Source: Octopus vulgaris
Taxonomy: Eukaryota
DNA length: 64,000 nt
Assembly: GCA_951406725.2 (NCBI GenBank)
Contig: OX597839.1
Span: forward strand, 32,488,001 to 32,552,000
Reading direction: 5' to 3'
Shown: positions 38,868-51,401 of the stretch, piece by piece
Numbering within the stretch: position 1 is the stretch's first letter
How the letters are laid out: each line of letters starts with the position of its first letter
Notes under the pieces: generated by a model
The model's database searches: none
Told to the model about the DNA's origin: nothing
Seen by the model: the letters and a program-made list of their open reading frames with translations, nothing else
Position numbers and translations under genes: made by a program

Positions 38868-39100
38868 TGGAGGCGCAATGGCCCAGTGGTTAGGGCAGCG
38901 GACTTGCGGTCGGAGGATCACGGTTTCGATTCCCAGACCGGGCGTTGTGTGTGTTTATTGAGCGAAAACACCTAAAAGCTCCACGAGGCTCCGGCAGGGG
39001 ATGGTGGTGATCCCTGCTGTACTCTTTCACCACTCTAAAAGGCGGTGCTCCAGCATGGCCGCAGTCAAATGACTGAAACAAGTACAAAAAAAAAAAAAAA
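38868..39100 (+). mobile_element. Chimeric SINE: family B 5' half joined to family A 3' tail plus poly(A)
   Basis: ...CTCTTTCACCAC|TCTAAAAGGCGGTGCTCCAGCATGG...AAGTAC(A)n. Confidence 0.75.
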
Positions 39101-39261
39101 TTCTCTTGTACAATTTCTAATAATATTTAGAAAAACGTTGTAACACAAACAGCGGACTATCCTAAATGGCAGGAACTATGTTGATGCAGTCTTTGACCGT
39201 ATCCTTCGGAAGATAGGACTTTGCATCCTTCCTTATTTTTCTTTTCATTCTTCTAAGAATA

Positions 39262-39778
39262 TCTATATATATAAAACTCTAGTTGTGTGAGTGTCTGTCT
39301 CCTACGATTTAGATTCCTAACTCCTCCCACATTTTGCGGTGCAGTTTAACCAAATTCGGGTATCTTATAGTCGTGATTCATATCGAGCCCGTCTGGCTAT
39401 TAGCGCGCGTCAACGATGAGTCTACGATTTTAAAAATAATTTAACATCATTTTTTATTCCATTTTAATGCATAATTTTTCGTGTGTCGATGGCGGCGGAG
39501 TTGGCGTCCACGCTCAAACACCTGCACCTGTGTTTGCTTCTCCCCCTTCTTCCCTCCCTCGTGAAGCTGTGGGGAAGGGAGTTTAAGGAAATCAACGTCG
39601 TAATGCGTTGTCAAGGAGACCAGCGTTCTTTTAGAACAACGACTTCATGGCTTGAAGACACCAAAACAGAAATGGCTAAGAAAGCCCGAATTGGTATCTA
39701 TAAGGGAAGGAACTCTCTAAAAATGCTTATATAGTTATTTCCCTTACAAACCCGAGCAACGCCGGGCGATACTGCTAG
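39262..39778 (+). mobile_element. Non-autonomous Helitron
   Basis: A|TC...CCCGAGCAACGCCGGG...CTAG|T. Confidence 0.8.
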
Positions 39779-40869
39779 TTTAATTATAAAAAGGTAATGG
39801 GATTTTTGAAAACATCGAATGGCTATGGGACCCAGAAGAGTAAAACAGAATGAAAGGGATCCATAGATTTGAAATGGTTGAGAAACTCTGGTCTATGCTT
39901 AGGCTCCGTCAGGAAATTGTCCTTATGGGCCTTCAATGTTGTGTATGGTTGGCGCATGACTAAACCTTCTCTTCTACATTTCTCTTTTTGTAAACGGACG
40001 GCCAATACCAATGCTGCGTTATTGATTATATTCCATATATTGTGGGTTTGCTGAGCATTTTGTCCCTTGTTAGATTGTCATGAAAAATGCTTGGCAACAT
40101 CTCTTCCGGATCCTCATGTTCTGACAGCAATGATACGAGAGAGAAAAAAAAAAAACATTTGGAAAGTTCTAAAGGGCAATAAATTTACTTAATATTTTTT
40201 TTTATTCAAACGCCTATGTTTTGTTTTTTGTTTATTTGATATAATAAATTATTTTAACGCTTAGCTTTTTGTAGCTGAACTTCATTTGAATACATAAAAT
40301 TTAATTAGCGTAAAATTTTACTTATGTGACAGGATCCGGAAAAGGCACCATAAGCAATATTAGTATGTTCCTTTAAGAATCAGCAAATGTTGGTTTGTCC
40401 CCCTCACATTTTAGAGGCAACTGAGGCCCCTGCCTGTATATGCGTGTGCGCGCGCGCGGTGAGATTTTGGAGGCTTGATTAGAAAGAAAGAAAGGAACTT
40501 TTTTCTGAGATTATTGAAATTGCATTGTATCTTTGTTCAGTTATCATATTACGCAGCTGTAGAAAGGGATTGGGGGGGGGGGGGTGAAATTAATGATAGT
40601 TCTAAAACGCCAATTTTCTAGTAGTCATCGTTTTTTGGTCAGTTGTCATGTTATTCAAGTACAGAAAATAGAAACTATCAAATTGTTTTGGAAGGTTTTT
40701 TTAAATGTGTGTGTGTGTGTGTGTGTTGGTTGTTTAAGCAAATTTTTCCAGATATTTAAAGTAACAGTAATGAGAAGGTTATTAATAATAATATTCACTG
40801 GTAATCTAATTTTTGTTCATATGGGACACTATTTTTTAATATTGATTGCTTACGTGTTTACAAATATAC

Positions 40870-41370
40870 GTCTTTTTTATACATTTAGTTTGGCTAAGAA
40901 TTCTTTGATAAAATGCATTTCCATTGTCTTGTGGTACATAGGGTCATCCTATGGGTATTTGCCGAAGATCTTGAATCTGCTGTTTCCGCATATTTTCAGA
41001 TGCTTATTTAACATAATTCTTTGTGTCTGATGTGTTGTCTGTGGATTCTTGCCCGTTGACAAAGGGAATTGTTGGTTTCACCAATATAATTTTCTTTGCA
41101 ATTGGGGCAGGTTTTGCAGTATATGAGATTCTGTGTCTTGCAGTTCATATACGCATTTTCTTGAAAGGAGAAGGCACTTTTAAATCTTACCTGGGAACTA
41201 GTGTCCAGATATTTTGAGTTGTTGTTAAATATTCCATTTGTCTTCGCAGGGAATTCTAAATTATTCTCAGGGGTGAATTTTGCCCCTGTGAGATATTTTT
41301 CTTTTTTAAGATTTTTTGGCTGACGTTTACTGATTCCTATTTGGTTTACATCAAACAGATTTTCTTCATG
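40870..41370 (-). mobile_element. Penelope-like element GIY-YIG endonuclease remnant
   Basis: MNCKTQNLIYCKTCPNCKENYIGETNNSLCQRARIHRQHIR (LIY-CxxC-YIGET-R-H pattern). Confidence 0.85.
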
Positions 41371-41387
41371 TTGTGATTTTGTAAGAG

Positions 41388-41803
41388 TACTCTCTTTTAC
41401 TTGTTTTAGTCATTTGACTGCGGCCATGCTGGAGCACCGCCTTTTGTCGAGCAAATCGACCCCAGGACTTTTTCTTTGTAAGCCCAGTACTTATTCTATC
41501 GGTCTCTTTTGCCGAACCGATAAGTGACGGGGACGTAAACACACCAGCATCGGTTGTCAAGCAATGCTAGGGGGACAAACACAGACCCACAAACATACAC
41601 ACACACACATATATATATATATACATACATACATATATACGACGGGCTTCTTTCAGTTTCCGTCTACCAAATCCACTCACAAGGCTTTGGTTGGCCCGAG
41701 GCTATAGTAGAAAACAATTGCCCAAGGTGTCACGCAGTGGGACTGAACCCGGAACCATGTGGTTGGTAAGCAAGCTACTTACCACACAGCCACTCCTGCG
41801 CCT
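41388..41803 (-). mobile_element. SINE family A
   Basis: Full-length copy. Confidence 0.9.
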
Positions 41804-41852
41804 ATGGTATTCGCTTTCATAATACGGTCACTCCTGAATTTTTTTCAACTAG

Positions 41853-41883
<31 letters not shown>

Positions 41884-42137
41884 CCCCCACACACACATAC
41901 ACACACACATACACACACACACACATACGCGCGCACATATACGAAAGGTATGAATTTTCTGAAAATAAATCATTCATGATGAATCTCTCAAAAGAGATGA
42001 AAGGGCTAAATAAATAATTATCCAAAAATCCTTGATTAACCACATTTTTCTCACATATATGCATATAGAGATACACACAAACAAACACGAATGTGTATGT
42101 GTGTATGGATATATATATATATATGTGGTGTGTGTAT

Positions 42138-42512
42138 AGGCGTAGGAGCGGCTGTGTGGTAAGTTGTTTGCTTACCGACCACATGGTTCTGGGTTCAGTC
42201 CCATTGCATGGCATCTCGGGCAAGTGTCTTCTACTATAGCCTCGGACCAACCAAAGTCTTGTGAGTGGATTTCGTAAACAGAAACTGAAAGAAGCCCATC
42301 GTATATATAATATATATATATATATATAATATGTGTGTGCTCGTCCCCTCCCCCCCAACATCGCTTTTCAACCGATGCTGGTGTGTTTACGTCCCCGTAA
42401 CTTAGCGGTTCGGCAAAAGAGACCGATAGAATACCAGGCATACAAAGAATAAGTTCTGGGATCGGTTTGCTCGACTAAAGGCGGTGCTCCAGCATGACTG
42501 AAACAAATAAAA
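42138..42512 (+). mobile_element. SINE family A
   Basis: Full-length copy. Confidence 0.9.
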
Positions 42513-42524
42513 GAATATAGATAG

Positions 42525-42566
<42 letters not shown>

Positions 42567-43109
42567 ATATATATGTATACACACCACGAGTATGTTTGTC
42601 TCCCTGTAAGTGTGTGTGTGTCTGTCTGTTTGTCGAGTGTCCTTCGATGTATCGTCAGATTCGGCGAGTGTCGTCGTCTGACTCAGCCAAATCCGCCCTT
42701 CTTATTTGCTCCCTTTTCCCCTCCTCCTCCTCTTCTCATTTCCCTCTCTATCCCTCTCTGTACTTCCTCTCACCACAACCAACCGACCGACCGACCGACT
42801 GACCGACCGGCCGGCCAACCTCCAGGGAGCCTTTACATGGTCGTTCTGCCTGCTAAAAACAGTAGTGAATATATATATGATGCAGTCCTTCATAGCTAGC
42901 GGTGACACAGATGTAATGGTCGTGGATGGAAAGTCTTGGATTAAAGCTTTGCTCACTCATGCTTTACTTGTGGCTCAACAACAACAACAGCAATCGTAAC
43001 CAGCAACCAGGGATCTTTTCAATCGAGTCTCTACGCCAACCACCTCAACTAGCTCACAACTACCACAGCGTCCACAACCATCCTACAACAACCACTTGAC
43101 AACTGCGAG

Positions 43110-43575
43110 CAGAACCACCACCACCACTAACACTGCCGTCACCACCACCACCACCACCACTATCACCATCTTCGCCGCCACCACCACCACCATCTTCACC
43201 GCCACCACCACCACCACCACCACCGCCACCGCCACCACTATCAACATCTTCGCCGCCACCACCACCACCACCACCACTATCACCATCTTCGCCGCCGCCA
43301 CCATCATCACCACCACCACCACCACTATCACCATCTTCGCCACCACCACCACCACCACCACTATCACCATCTTCGCCGCCGCCACCATCATCACCACCAC
43401 CACCACTAACACCATCTTCGCCACCACCACTATCACCATCTTCGCCGCCACCACCACCACCACTATCACCATCTTCGCCGCCACCACCACCACCACCACC
43501 ACTACCATCATCACCACCACCACTACCACCACCACCACTATCACCATCATCGCCGCCGCCACCACCACCACCAAT
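43110..43575. repeat. (CCA)n minisatellite with recurring ACTATCACCATCTTCGCCG unit
   Basis: Directly visible. Confidence 0.9.
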
Positions 43576-43885
43576 AAACAAGCACATCGTCTCCTGTCCC
43601 CACATCATCGCCCAACCCCACTGTCATAACATTTCAGCGGCCATTACTCACTCAGCAAAAGATCCTCTGTGATAACCCATATTCCCCCCCCCACCTATCT
43701 CTCTCTCTCTCTCCTACATGGTTGAACAACTTGCTAGGGGAAAGGAAAGGCGATGCCTACATGTTTCAACAACGATCTCCTTCCGTTAACGATTCTGTCC
43801 ACTTCACTGCAGAAATATTCCCCTCACACTCTTCTTTATTATATGGCCCTTAACTTCTAACTTTCTATCTCTCACAACCCTTTCG

Positions 43886-43887
<2 letters not shown>

Positions 43888-43947
<60 letters not shown>

Positions 43948-43948
43948 A

Positions 43949-43981
<33 letters not shown>

Positions 43982-44042
43982 CTACATGTCTGTCTATCTA
44001 TCTATCTATCTACCTATCTACCTATCTATCTTTCTATCTCTC

Positions 44043-44078
<36 letters not shown>

Positions 44079-44170
44079 CATGTCTGTCTATCTATCTATC
44101 TATCTATCTACCTATCTATCTATCATCTATCTCTATCTATCTATCTATCTGTCTGTCTGTCTGTCTATCT
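43888..44170. repeat. (TATC)n microsatellite
   Basis: Directly visible. Confidence 0.95.
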
Positions 44171-44400
44171 GCTCGTTTCTTTCTCTCTTTTTCCTTTACC
44201 TTTATCTTCAATATGCTGGTCATTTTCTTTCTCTCACACACTCTTTCTACGTCTCTTTCTCTCCCTCTAGCTGTACCACACACTAACCCTCCCACCGCTA
44301 CTCTCCAATTGCTGTTACTCTTTCTCATCACTCTACATTTCCTTCTCTCTCTTCTCACTTCTTAACCTTCTCTCTTAATCTCCTACATACATACATACAA

Positions 44401-44461
<61 letters not shown>

Positions 44462-45490
44462 GTGACCAGTGGGGGGGGGATTTGAAATCGGTTTCAGGTT
44501 AGCGGGAGGTTGCTTGAAATGGTGGTGGTGACTTGAAATCTTTACACCGTCACCACCATTCACGCAGTGCTCTCTCTCCCTAGTCTGAAGCTTCCTATCT
44601 CGGACATGTGAGCATGCGCACAACAGCCAAACACCGCGTCGCTGGAACTGTGAAGCGTACAGTTCTATACAAGGATCTTTTGTATTTTTTCGTAAGCTAG
44701 AAGATGGCTACTGACATTAAGCTTAAGGATTAAATAATGTACAAGTATAAAGAAAGAATTAAGGAAAAAAAAGACTCGTTATATTGAATGTTATCGATAA
44801 TATAGAGTGGAAATGGAGTGGGGTGCTGCAGTTCTACAGTTCCTATACACGAGCCGCCACTGATGTGTATATATGTATGCGTAGACATGTATATGTGTGT
44901 GTGTGTATATATGTATGTATACATATTCTGTTACTTGTTTCAGTCATTTGACTGCGGCGATGCTGGAACACCGCCTTTAGCCGAAGAAATCGACCCCAGG
45001 ACTTATTCACGCAGGGCTCTCTCTCCCTAGTCTGAAGCCTCCTATCTCTTTGTAAGCCTAGTACTTATTCTATCGGTCTCTTTTACCGAACCGCTCTCCC
45101 TCTTTCTTTCTATCTGCCTCTCTATCTCCTTCTCCTTTCTCTTCTCCCCTCTCCCCTCTCTCTCTCACTCTCTCTCTCCTGGAACACAAGAGAACGGTAG
45201 AGCAAGTTTCCAAGAGAGATTTGCCAATTGTTAACAGATTGTTCGAGCTGACATGGGTCCCTTCTGGTTGATTTCTGTCACTGTTGTTCTTGTTGTTTAC
45301 GCCTTGGTCAACCTTCCTGGAACTGCTCTAAGATCAAATCCGTTCCAAATATGCCACTCCAGTCTTATTCAACTTCAATTGCATTATCGAATGTGCCGTT
45401 CTTTTTAAAAACTCTGTCCACATTTGTCTGACCTCTTTGACACCTTACGCAATTTCATTTCCGTCTCTCTATTCTACACTTAGCTCGCCT

Positions 45491-45492
<2 letters not shown>

Positions 45493-45538
<46 letters not shown>

Positions 45539-45683
45539 ACAACGCGCACACACACGCACACAACACATACAAAACACACACACACACACACACCACACAA
45601 CACACACACACACACACACAAAACACACACACAAAACACACACACAAAACACACACACACACGCAAAACACGCGCGCACACGC

Positions 45684-45714
<31 letters not shown>

Positions 45715-45816
45715 AAACACACACACACACGCGCGCACACACACACGCACACACACACACGCACACACACACACACACACACACAAAACACACACACACA
45801 CGCACACAACACACAC

Positions 45817-45865
<49 letters not shown>

Positions 45866-45890
45866 CACACACAAACACACACACACACAC
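45493..45890. repeat. (CA)n compound microsatellite
   Basis: Directly visible. Confidence 0.95.
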
Positions 45891-46088
45891 GTCTTCCTAA
45901 TCCCCAAATTCCTTTGCTGGGTTATGTCACTTCGATAATTCAATAAGATTTGGAGCAACGATCAGCTCCGATCAGTCTCTGCTGAATGTATTTACCATTC
46001 TTTCTATGTTATGTTTTGAATGCGTGCGTGAGTTGTGCTTGTATGCATGTGTGTGTGTGTATATGAATGTATGTGCGCGCGTGTGTGT

Positions 46089-46135
<47 letters not shown>

Positions 46136-46188
46136 TAGAGAGTGTGTGTATACAAGAGTTTATAAATGTATTCGCGCGTGTGGATGGA

Positions 46189-46723
46189 AGCACTCCATCG
46201 GTTACGACGACGAGGGTTCCGGTTGATCCGAATCAACGGAACAGCCTGCTCGTGAAATTAACGTGTAAGTGGCTGAGCACTCCACAGACACGTGTATCCT
46301 TAACGTAGTTCTCGGGGATATTCAGCGTGACGCAGAGAGTGACAAGGCCGGCCCTTTGAAATACAGGTACAACAGAAACAGGAAGTAAGAGTGAGAGAAA
46401 GTTGTGGTGAAAGAGTACAGCAGGGATCACCACCATCCCCTGCCGGAGCCTCGTGGAGGTTTTTTAGGTGTTTTCGCTCAATAAACACTCACAACGCCCG
46501 GTCTGGGAATCGAAACCGCGATCCTCCGACCGCGAGTCCGCTGCCCTAACCACTGGGCCATTGCGCCTCCACGGTGAAAGAGTAAGGCAGGGATCACCAC
46601 CATCCCCTGCCGGAGCCTCGTGGAGCTTTTTTAGGTGTTTTCGCTCAATAAACACTCACAACGCCCGGTCTGGGAATCGAAACCGTGAGTCCGCTGCCCT
46701 ATCCACTGGGCCATTGTGCCTCC
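46189..46723 (-). mobile_element. SINE B dimer (truncated head copy plus full copy) inserted as one unit
   Basis: Single TSD ATTCGCGCGTGT flanks both copies (near 46170 and 46726). Confidence 0.8.
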
Positions 46724-46831
46724 ACATTCGCGCGTGTATTCTCTTGTTCAATTATTTAACCAAAGATAACTGTCGTAGTATTTCTATTTAAAAAGAAAAA
46801 CTAAAACACACACACACACATGCATACATAC

Positions 46832-46876
<45 letters not shown>

Positions 46877-46886
46877 TATATATATA

Positions 46887-47115
46887 AGGCGGCGAGCTGG
46901 CAGAAACGTTAGCGCGCCAGGCGAAATGCTTAGCGGTATTTCGTCTGTCGCTATGTTCTGAGTTCAAATTCTGCCGAGGTCGACTTTACCTTTCATCTTT
47001 TCGGGGTCGATAAATAAAGTACCAGTTTCGCACTGGGGTCGATGTAATCGACTTACTCCCTTTGTCTGTCCTTGTTTATGCCCTCTGTGTTTGGCCCCTT
47101 GTGGGCAGTAAATAA
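46887..47115 (+). mobile_element. SINE family C, full-length monomer
   Basis: tRNA-like head with GAGTTCAAATTC B box, central CCTTTCATC..GGGGTCGATAAA domain (Meta-domain-like), LINE-like tail. Confidence 0.85.
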
Positions 47116-47132
47116 ATATATATATATATATA

Positions 47133-47343
47133 GTTAATCCAAACAAGAAAACACAAAAAAAAAAAAAAGCAACGCGAGGTCGTGGAACAAATAAAGTATT
47201 ATTTGACGCTCAGGAAAGAAGGGAAGAAGGAGGGTCTAACGTTTCGAGCGGAGCTCTTCGTCGGAAACAAAGGAGAAGGAAAGATCCCGAGAAGGGAAGA
47301 CAGAGGGAAAAAAATTGCTGGCGGTGCTCACGAGGTCACATGT
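47133..47343 (-). mobile_element. Family X hammerhead-bearing element
   Basis: Minus strand CCGACGA-A-GAGC-TCC-GCTC-GAAA-CGTT at 47238..47264; flanked by (TA)n. Confidence 0.65.
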
Positions 47344-47350
47344 TGAAAGC

Positions 47351-47384
<34 letters not shown>

Positions 47385-47529
47385 GCGGAGCAAATAATTA
47401 ACGAAAAGATAATTTGCGAAGATATCAATGACTCTATTATTATCTAGTGTAACAATTTTAAAATGATAATAACAGAAACAAGAATATAGCCCCCCCCCCC
47501 AAAAAAAAAGCATTAAATAACTGAAGGAC

Positions 47530-47683
47530 TAAAATTAATCAAAGGACATACAAAGTATGTCTACCTGCTGGAAATAAGTCAAAACCATTCTTTAAATCGC
47601 CAAAATATTTTGCGATTTAATAAGAGTTTCGACTGTTATTTCCAGCAGGTCGACATACTTTGTATGTCCTTTGATTAATTTTA
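47530..47683. repeat. Palindromic (fold-back/MITE-like) element
   Basis: TAAAATTAATCAAAGGACATACAAAGTATGTC.ACCTGCTGGAAATAA mirrored at the other end; centre also self-complementary. Confidence 0.85.
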
Positions 47684-49794
47684 TATAATTTCTCCTTTTG
47701 CATCAACCTTCTTGTTTTTCTCGTAATTTCTCATGTACCAGCGTCCTGATTTTCAAACAAAACACAACCATGTGCTCAGAGCCCAAAGATTGCTTGAAGA
47801 TACAAGGCGCACAGTAAAAACCTGCCTAGACACGCGTCTTCACGGCAAGAAACTGTTAGCACTTCATATCTTTATAATGTGTACATTAAATGATATTTCA
47901 CTCTCACTGGATGGATTACTTTTTTGCTGATCTTGCCTTAACAGAACAGTCAACACACACTATATTTTATAGCTGCCTTAAACTTGCATTACTCAAAATT
48001 CCACTGATATGCATGTTGAGTTTGATCGATCAAATGCTGCGGTGTTAAGTGGTGAGACAACCCACGATTTCTTTATGTAGTCTAATTGCTCCTAAATGGT
48101 GTGTTAAGTTCCCTACATATATTTCAGCTTGGCTCCCGTCACGAGGCCAGCCGAGGGACTGCTGTGGTGTGGCGTTGAGGCAACCACTGGCTGTCACTTA
48201 ACGACAACTCAAGATGCAACGACTTCAACGCTATAAATACGAATGGTGTTCCTTGATTTTAATAGAAAGGATAACGATTAACATGATCACGTGACCGACC
48301 AGGCTATCAGATGTTGCTACACATCGCTGGTCACAATGCGTTTTGCATTGTTTTAGCCTTCTAATGACACCATTAATATTCCTTTCTTTTAATCTGTGTC
48401 TCGTGTATTTGGTGCTTTGATTCCAAAATATTTGTAAATTTGTGTTTGGTCCAATTCTCCATCATTTGTTTCTTCATAAGTTTGAGGTAATCTTTTAGTT
48501 TGGAGACTGTTTTATTGATTGCTATATTTCTGAACTATTTGTCTCACATTCTATTCTTTCAGTCGTGACGTTTTTGTTATCGATAACGGAGGCATTTGTA
48601 AATGTTTTGTTTAACCTGATGACATTAATGCTCGAAACTTTCCTAAGCTTTTATCGTCATTTCTGCCTTACCTAGTGGTTAACACTGGATAAAGACAAAC
48701 ATACATACACATCGTTATATCTAGTCGTCGTCAAACAAAACTGATGAGGTATTAATATAATGCATTAAATGAATATGCAAAACAGGGAAAGAAACCTAAA
48801 CAAACTAATAGTATTCGAAAACAAACGAACGGACAAATAAATACTGGACTCTAGGACTGAGCCATCATCTGTGGGGCGCTAATTTCTTCTGTCTATCCTT
48901 CTCTCTTCTAACTTTGATGTGGTCAAACCTGTTTCGAATGTTTGGATTGCACGGACAAGTTGAAAGCCAATATTTTTTGCCTCTCTAGTTTGAAAATATT
49001 ATTAGCTTCTGACGAGTTGTTTGAATTTGGCGAAAGCATAGTTTCTTTTCTCTAAAACAGATATATCTATTTTAAATAGGTATTCGCTTTATAACTATTC
49101 ATTTCATTTGTATTGTCTTTGGGGCAAATTCCCCCTCTTTCTCTCTCTCTCTCTCTCTATTTATACATATATATATATGGAGAGGATGTATACATACGCA
49201 AATATATCGCATACGCACGTATATACATGTACTTACATATACATGCACGCATACACATATGAACTAACATTGATGCTGATCACTGTATTCGACAAGCAAC
49301 CTGGTTTATTTTCTCCTTTTCATGTTACCATGGATCTGCGTGTGTGTGTGTGTGTACATTTATTGATTTGCTTACCGGTTTATATAATTAACTAATAGGG
49401 AACTTATCAAGTAATTAATTGATTATCAATTAAATTAGGATCTTAATCAAACGGCTTCTCAGTCAATGAACGAACTATTTCATTTAATGGATCAATGCGT
49501 TATTATATATATATATATATATATAATGAGAGAGAGAGAGAGAGACAAACACACGTATATATACACACACATTCTTATATATATACATATATATGTGTAT
49601 GTACGTGTGTCTGTGTGTGTTTATATATATACAGATATTTGGACATGTATGTACTTTTATATTTTCAATTTATATGAAATTGCAAATGAGACTGAAGCTC
49701 TTAGAGTTTTGTTCTGTAAACTTCTGAACCTGACTTAAAAAGTGAGATCTGGTTTCATTATAATTCTTTCTAGGGCGTTCCATTAAATATTCAA

Positions 49795-50060
49795 TATTGG
49801 ATGGTCATGTGAAATTTGTGAATTTTCAGAAAGTGAGTCCGTTAAGCATACTTTCAGAAAATCTTTTAACGCTAGAAGTACCAGGAAAAGGAGTTTATAA
49901 GTACAACCCCTTTTTCAGTTTGAATGTCATATGAAATATTGCCACAGCCTTCCTGAATTTTGTATCGAACTCTTCCCTTATAGCCATAAGTTCCACAGGA
50001 TTTTTTAACAGATATAACTTCAAAGTAAGTTACAGCTGCTGAGATAATTTTGCCTCTTCT
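49795..50060 (-). mobile_element. Possible decayed MULE/FAR1-type DNA-binding domain
   Basis: With one frameshift: YFEV...SCGTYGYKG...TEKRGCTYKL...LKV...HDHP. Confidence 0.3.
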
Positions 50061-50516
50061 TTAGCTAGACATAAGAAGAAATTAGTTATCCTTTTTCTGC
50101 CGCTTGTATTCACGGTCGTACTTTTTCACTCAGTTCCCAATCTATCTAACACCGAAACGCGTATACAGTTAATCAAAGCCGGTTGGATTCGTTATTTTCT
50201 TTTTCTCTTTACCTGCGTGAGTTCTTGAGTATTGCTGTCTGGGAGATTTTCTTATGCTAGTGAAATAGTTCGTTTTAACTGCTATTTCTAAATTTCAGTA
50301 TGTGGTGAAGCAAATTTTTGCTGAACTCTAAATTATAATCATAATTATAGAATTTATTTATAAATAAATATATATACTACTACTACTAATAATGATAATA
50401 ATGTCTTATCTTATATTTAATATTTCTATAATATGTAATTTTCTAGATGGTGTAATTTAATTTTTCATTATTGAATTGATGAAAGGTGGGTTTTTTTCTA
50501 ATTTATATATATAAAT

Positions 50517-50908
50517 CGTTGGCGATTTTTTTCCTCCGTCTTCCCTTCCTTTGATCTTTCCTTTTCCTATATTTCTGACGAAGAGCTCCGCTCGAAACGT
50601 TAAATCCTCTTTCTTTCTTTCCTTTCCTGAGCGTCCAATAACACTATTCTTGTTCCACGTCCCCGCGTTGTTGTTTTCTCTTTGTATTTTCATGTTTGGA
50701 TTAACTATATATATATATATATATATGATAGATCGTTGGCCACTACACACATTTTTTTCTCTCTTTGTTTTTTCTGTGTCCCTTTCTGTAGAAGAGCGTA
50801 GGCTCGAAATATAAAAGACTTTTTCTATTCCTGAGCGTTATACTAATACATCTGTTTGTTTTGTACACCACCTGTCTTCGTCTTTTGTTTTTTTCGTAAA
50901 CTCCCCCT
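50517..50908 (+). mobile_element. Adjacent family X and family Y hammerhead-bearing elements, same orientation
   Basis: Cores at 50571..50605 (CTGACGA, intact) and 50782..50817 (CTGTAGA); separated by (TA)n. Confidence 0.7.
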
Positions 50909-51401
50909 ATGCATATATATATGTATATAAATATATATATATATAAACGAACAGCAGGGGTATGAAACAAGTAGCGAAATATAAATTAAGTCCCAATAAA
51001 CTGTATATGTGAGTATGTGAACACACATATGTCGATAACTGCATATATGCCTCTTTCGCTTCTGTAGGTGTACGAAAGCACGCTCGTCCATGTGAAAGTA
51101 TCCTATGCTCAACCCAAGGGACATAACTTAATATGTTTTCTTAAACATTATCTCCCTTGATGAAAACATTCATTTTTTTCCCGCTAAATAAAAAATGGCT
51201 GCCACTGAGAACTGAATTCTCGTCCCAGTTCGAATATTTCCCTCTTCCCTACCATGAATATGATTTTGATACGCATACAAGCACCAATGACTTTGATACG
51301 CGTACAAGCCCCAATCAGCCTTACTTGAATAGAGACATCGAAACATCACCCATGCACTGTTATGTCGCATATAAACATCACAGATATGGAACGATTATGT
51401 G

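Noticed and set aside
39820-40135. Possible second Penelope endonuclease C-terminal remnant (DVAKHF...LQKEK)
   Set aside because: Too degenerate to support without a homology search
43060-43608. Gly/Asp-rich 182-aa ORF (GGGGEDGDS repeats)
   Set aside because: (CCA)n minisatellite open in several frames; no signal peptide or splice support
48616-48640. CTGATGA...GAAAC hammerhead-like motif
   Set aside because: Stem II and stem III cannot be formed convincingly
49009-49040. CTGACGA...GAAAGCATA hammerhead-like motif
   Set aside because: Stem II mostly G-U pairs, no stem I; at best a decayed remnant
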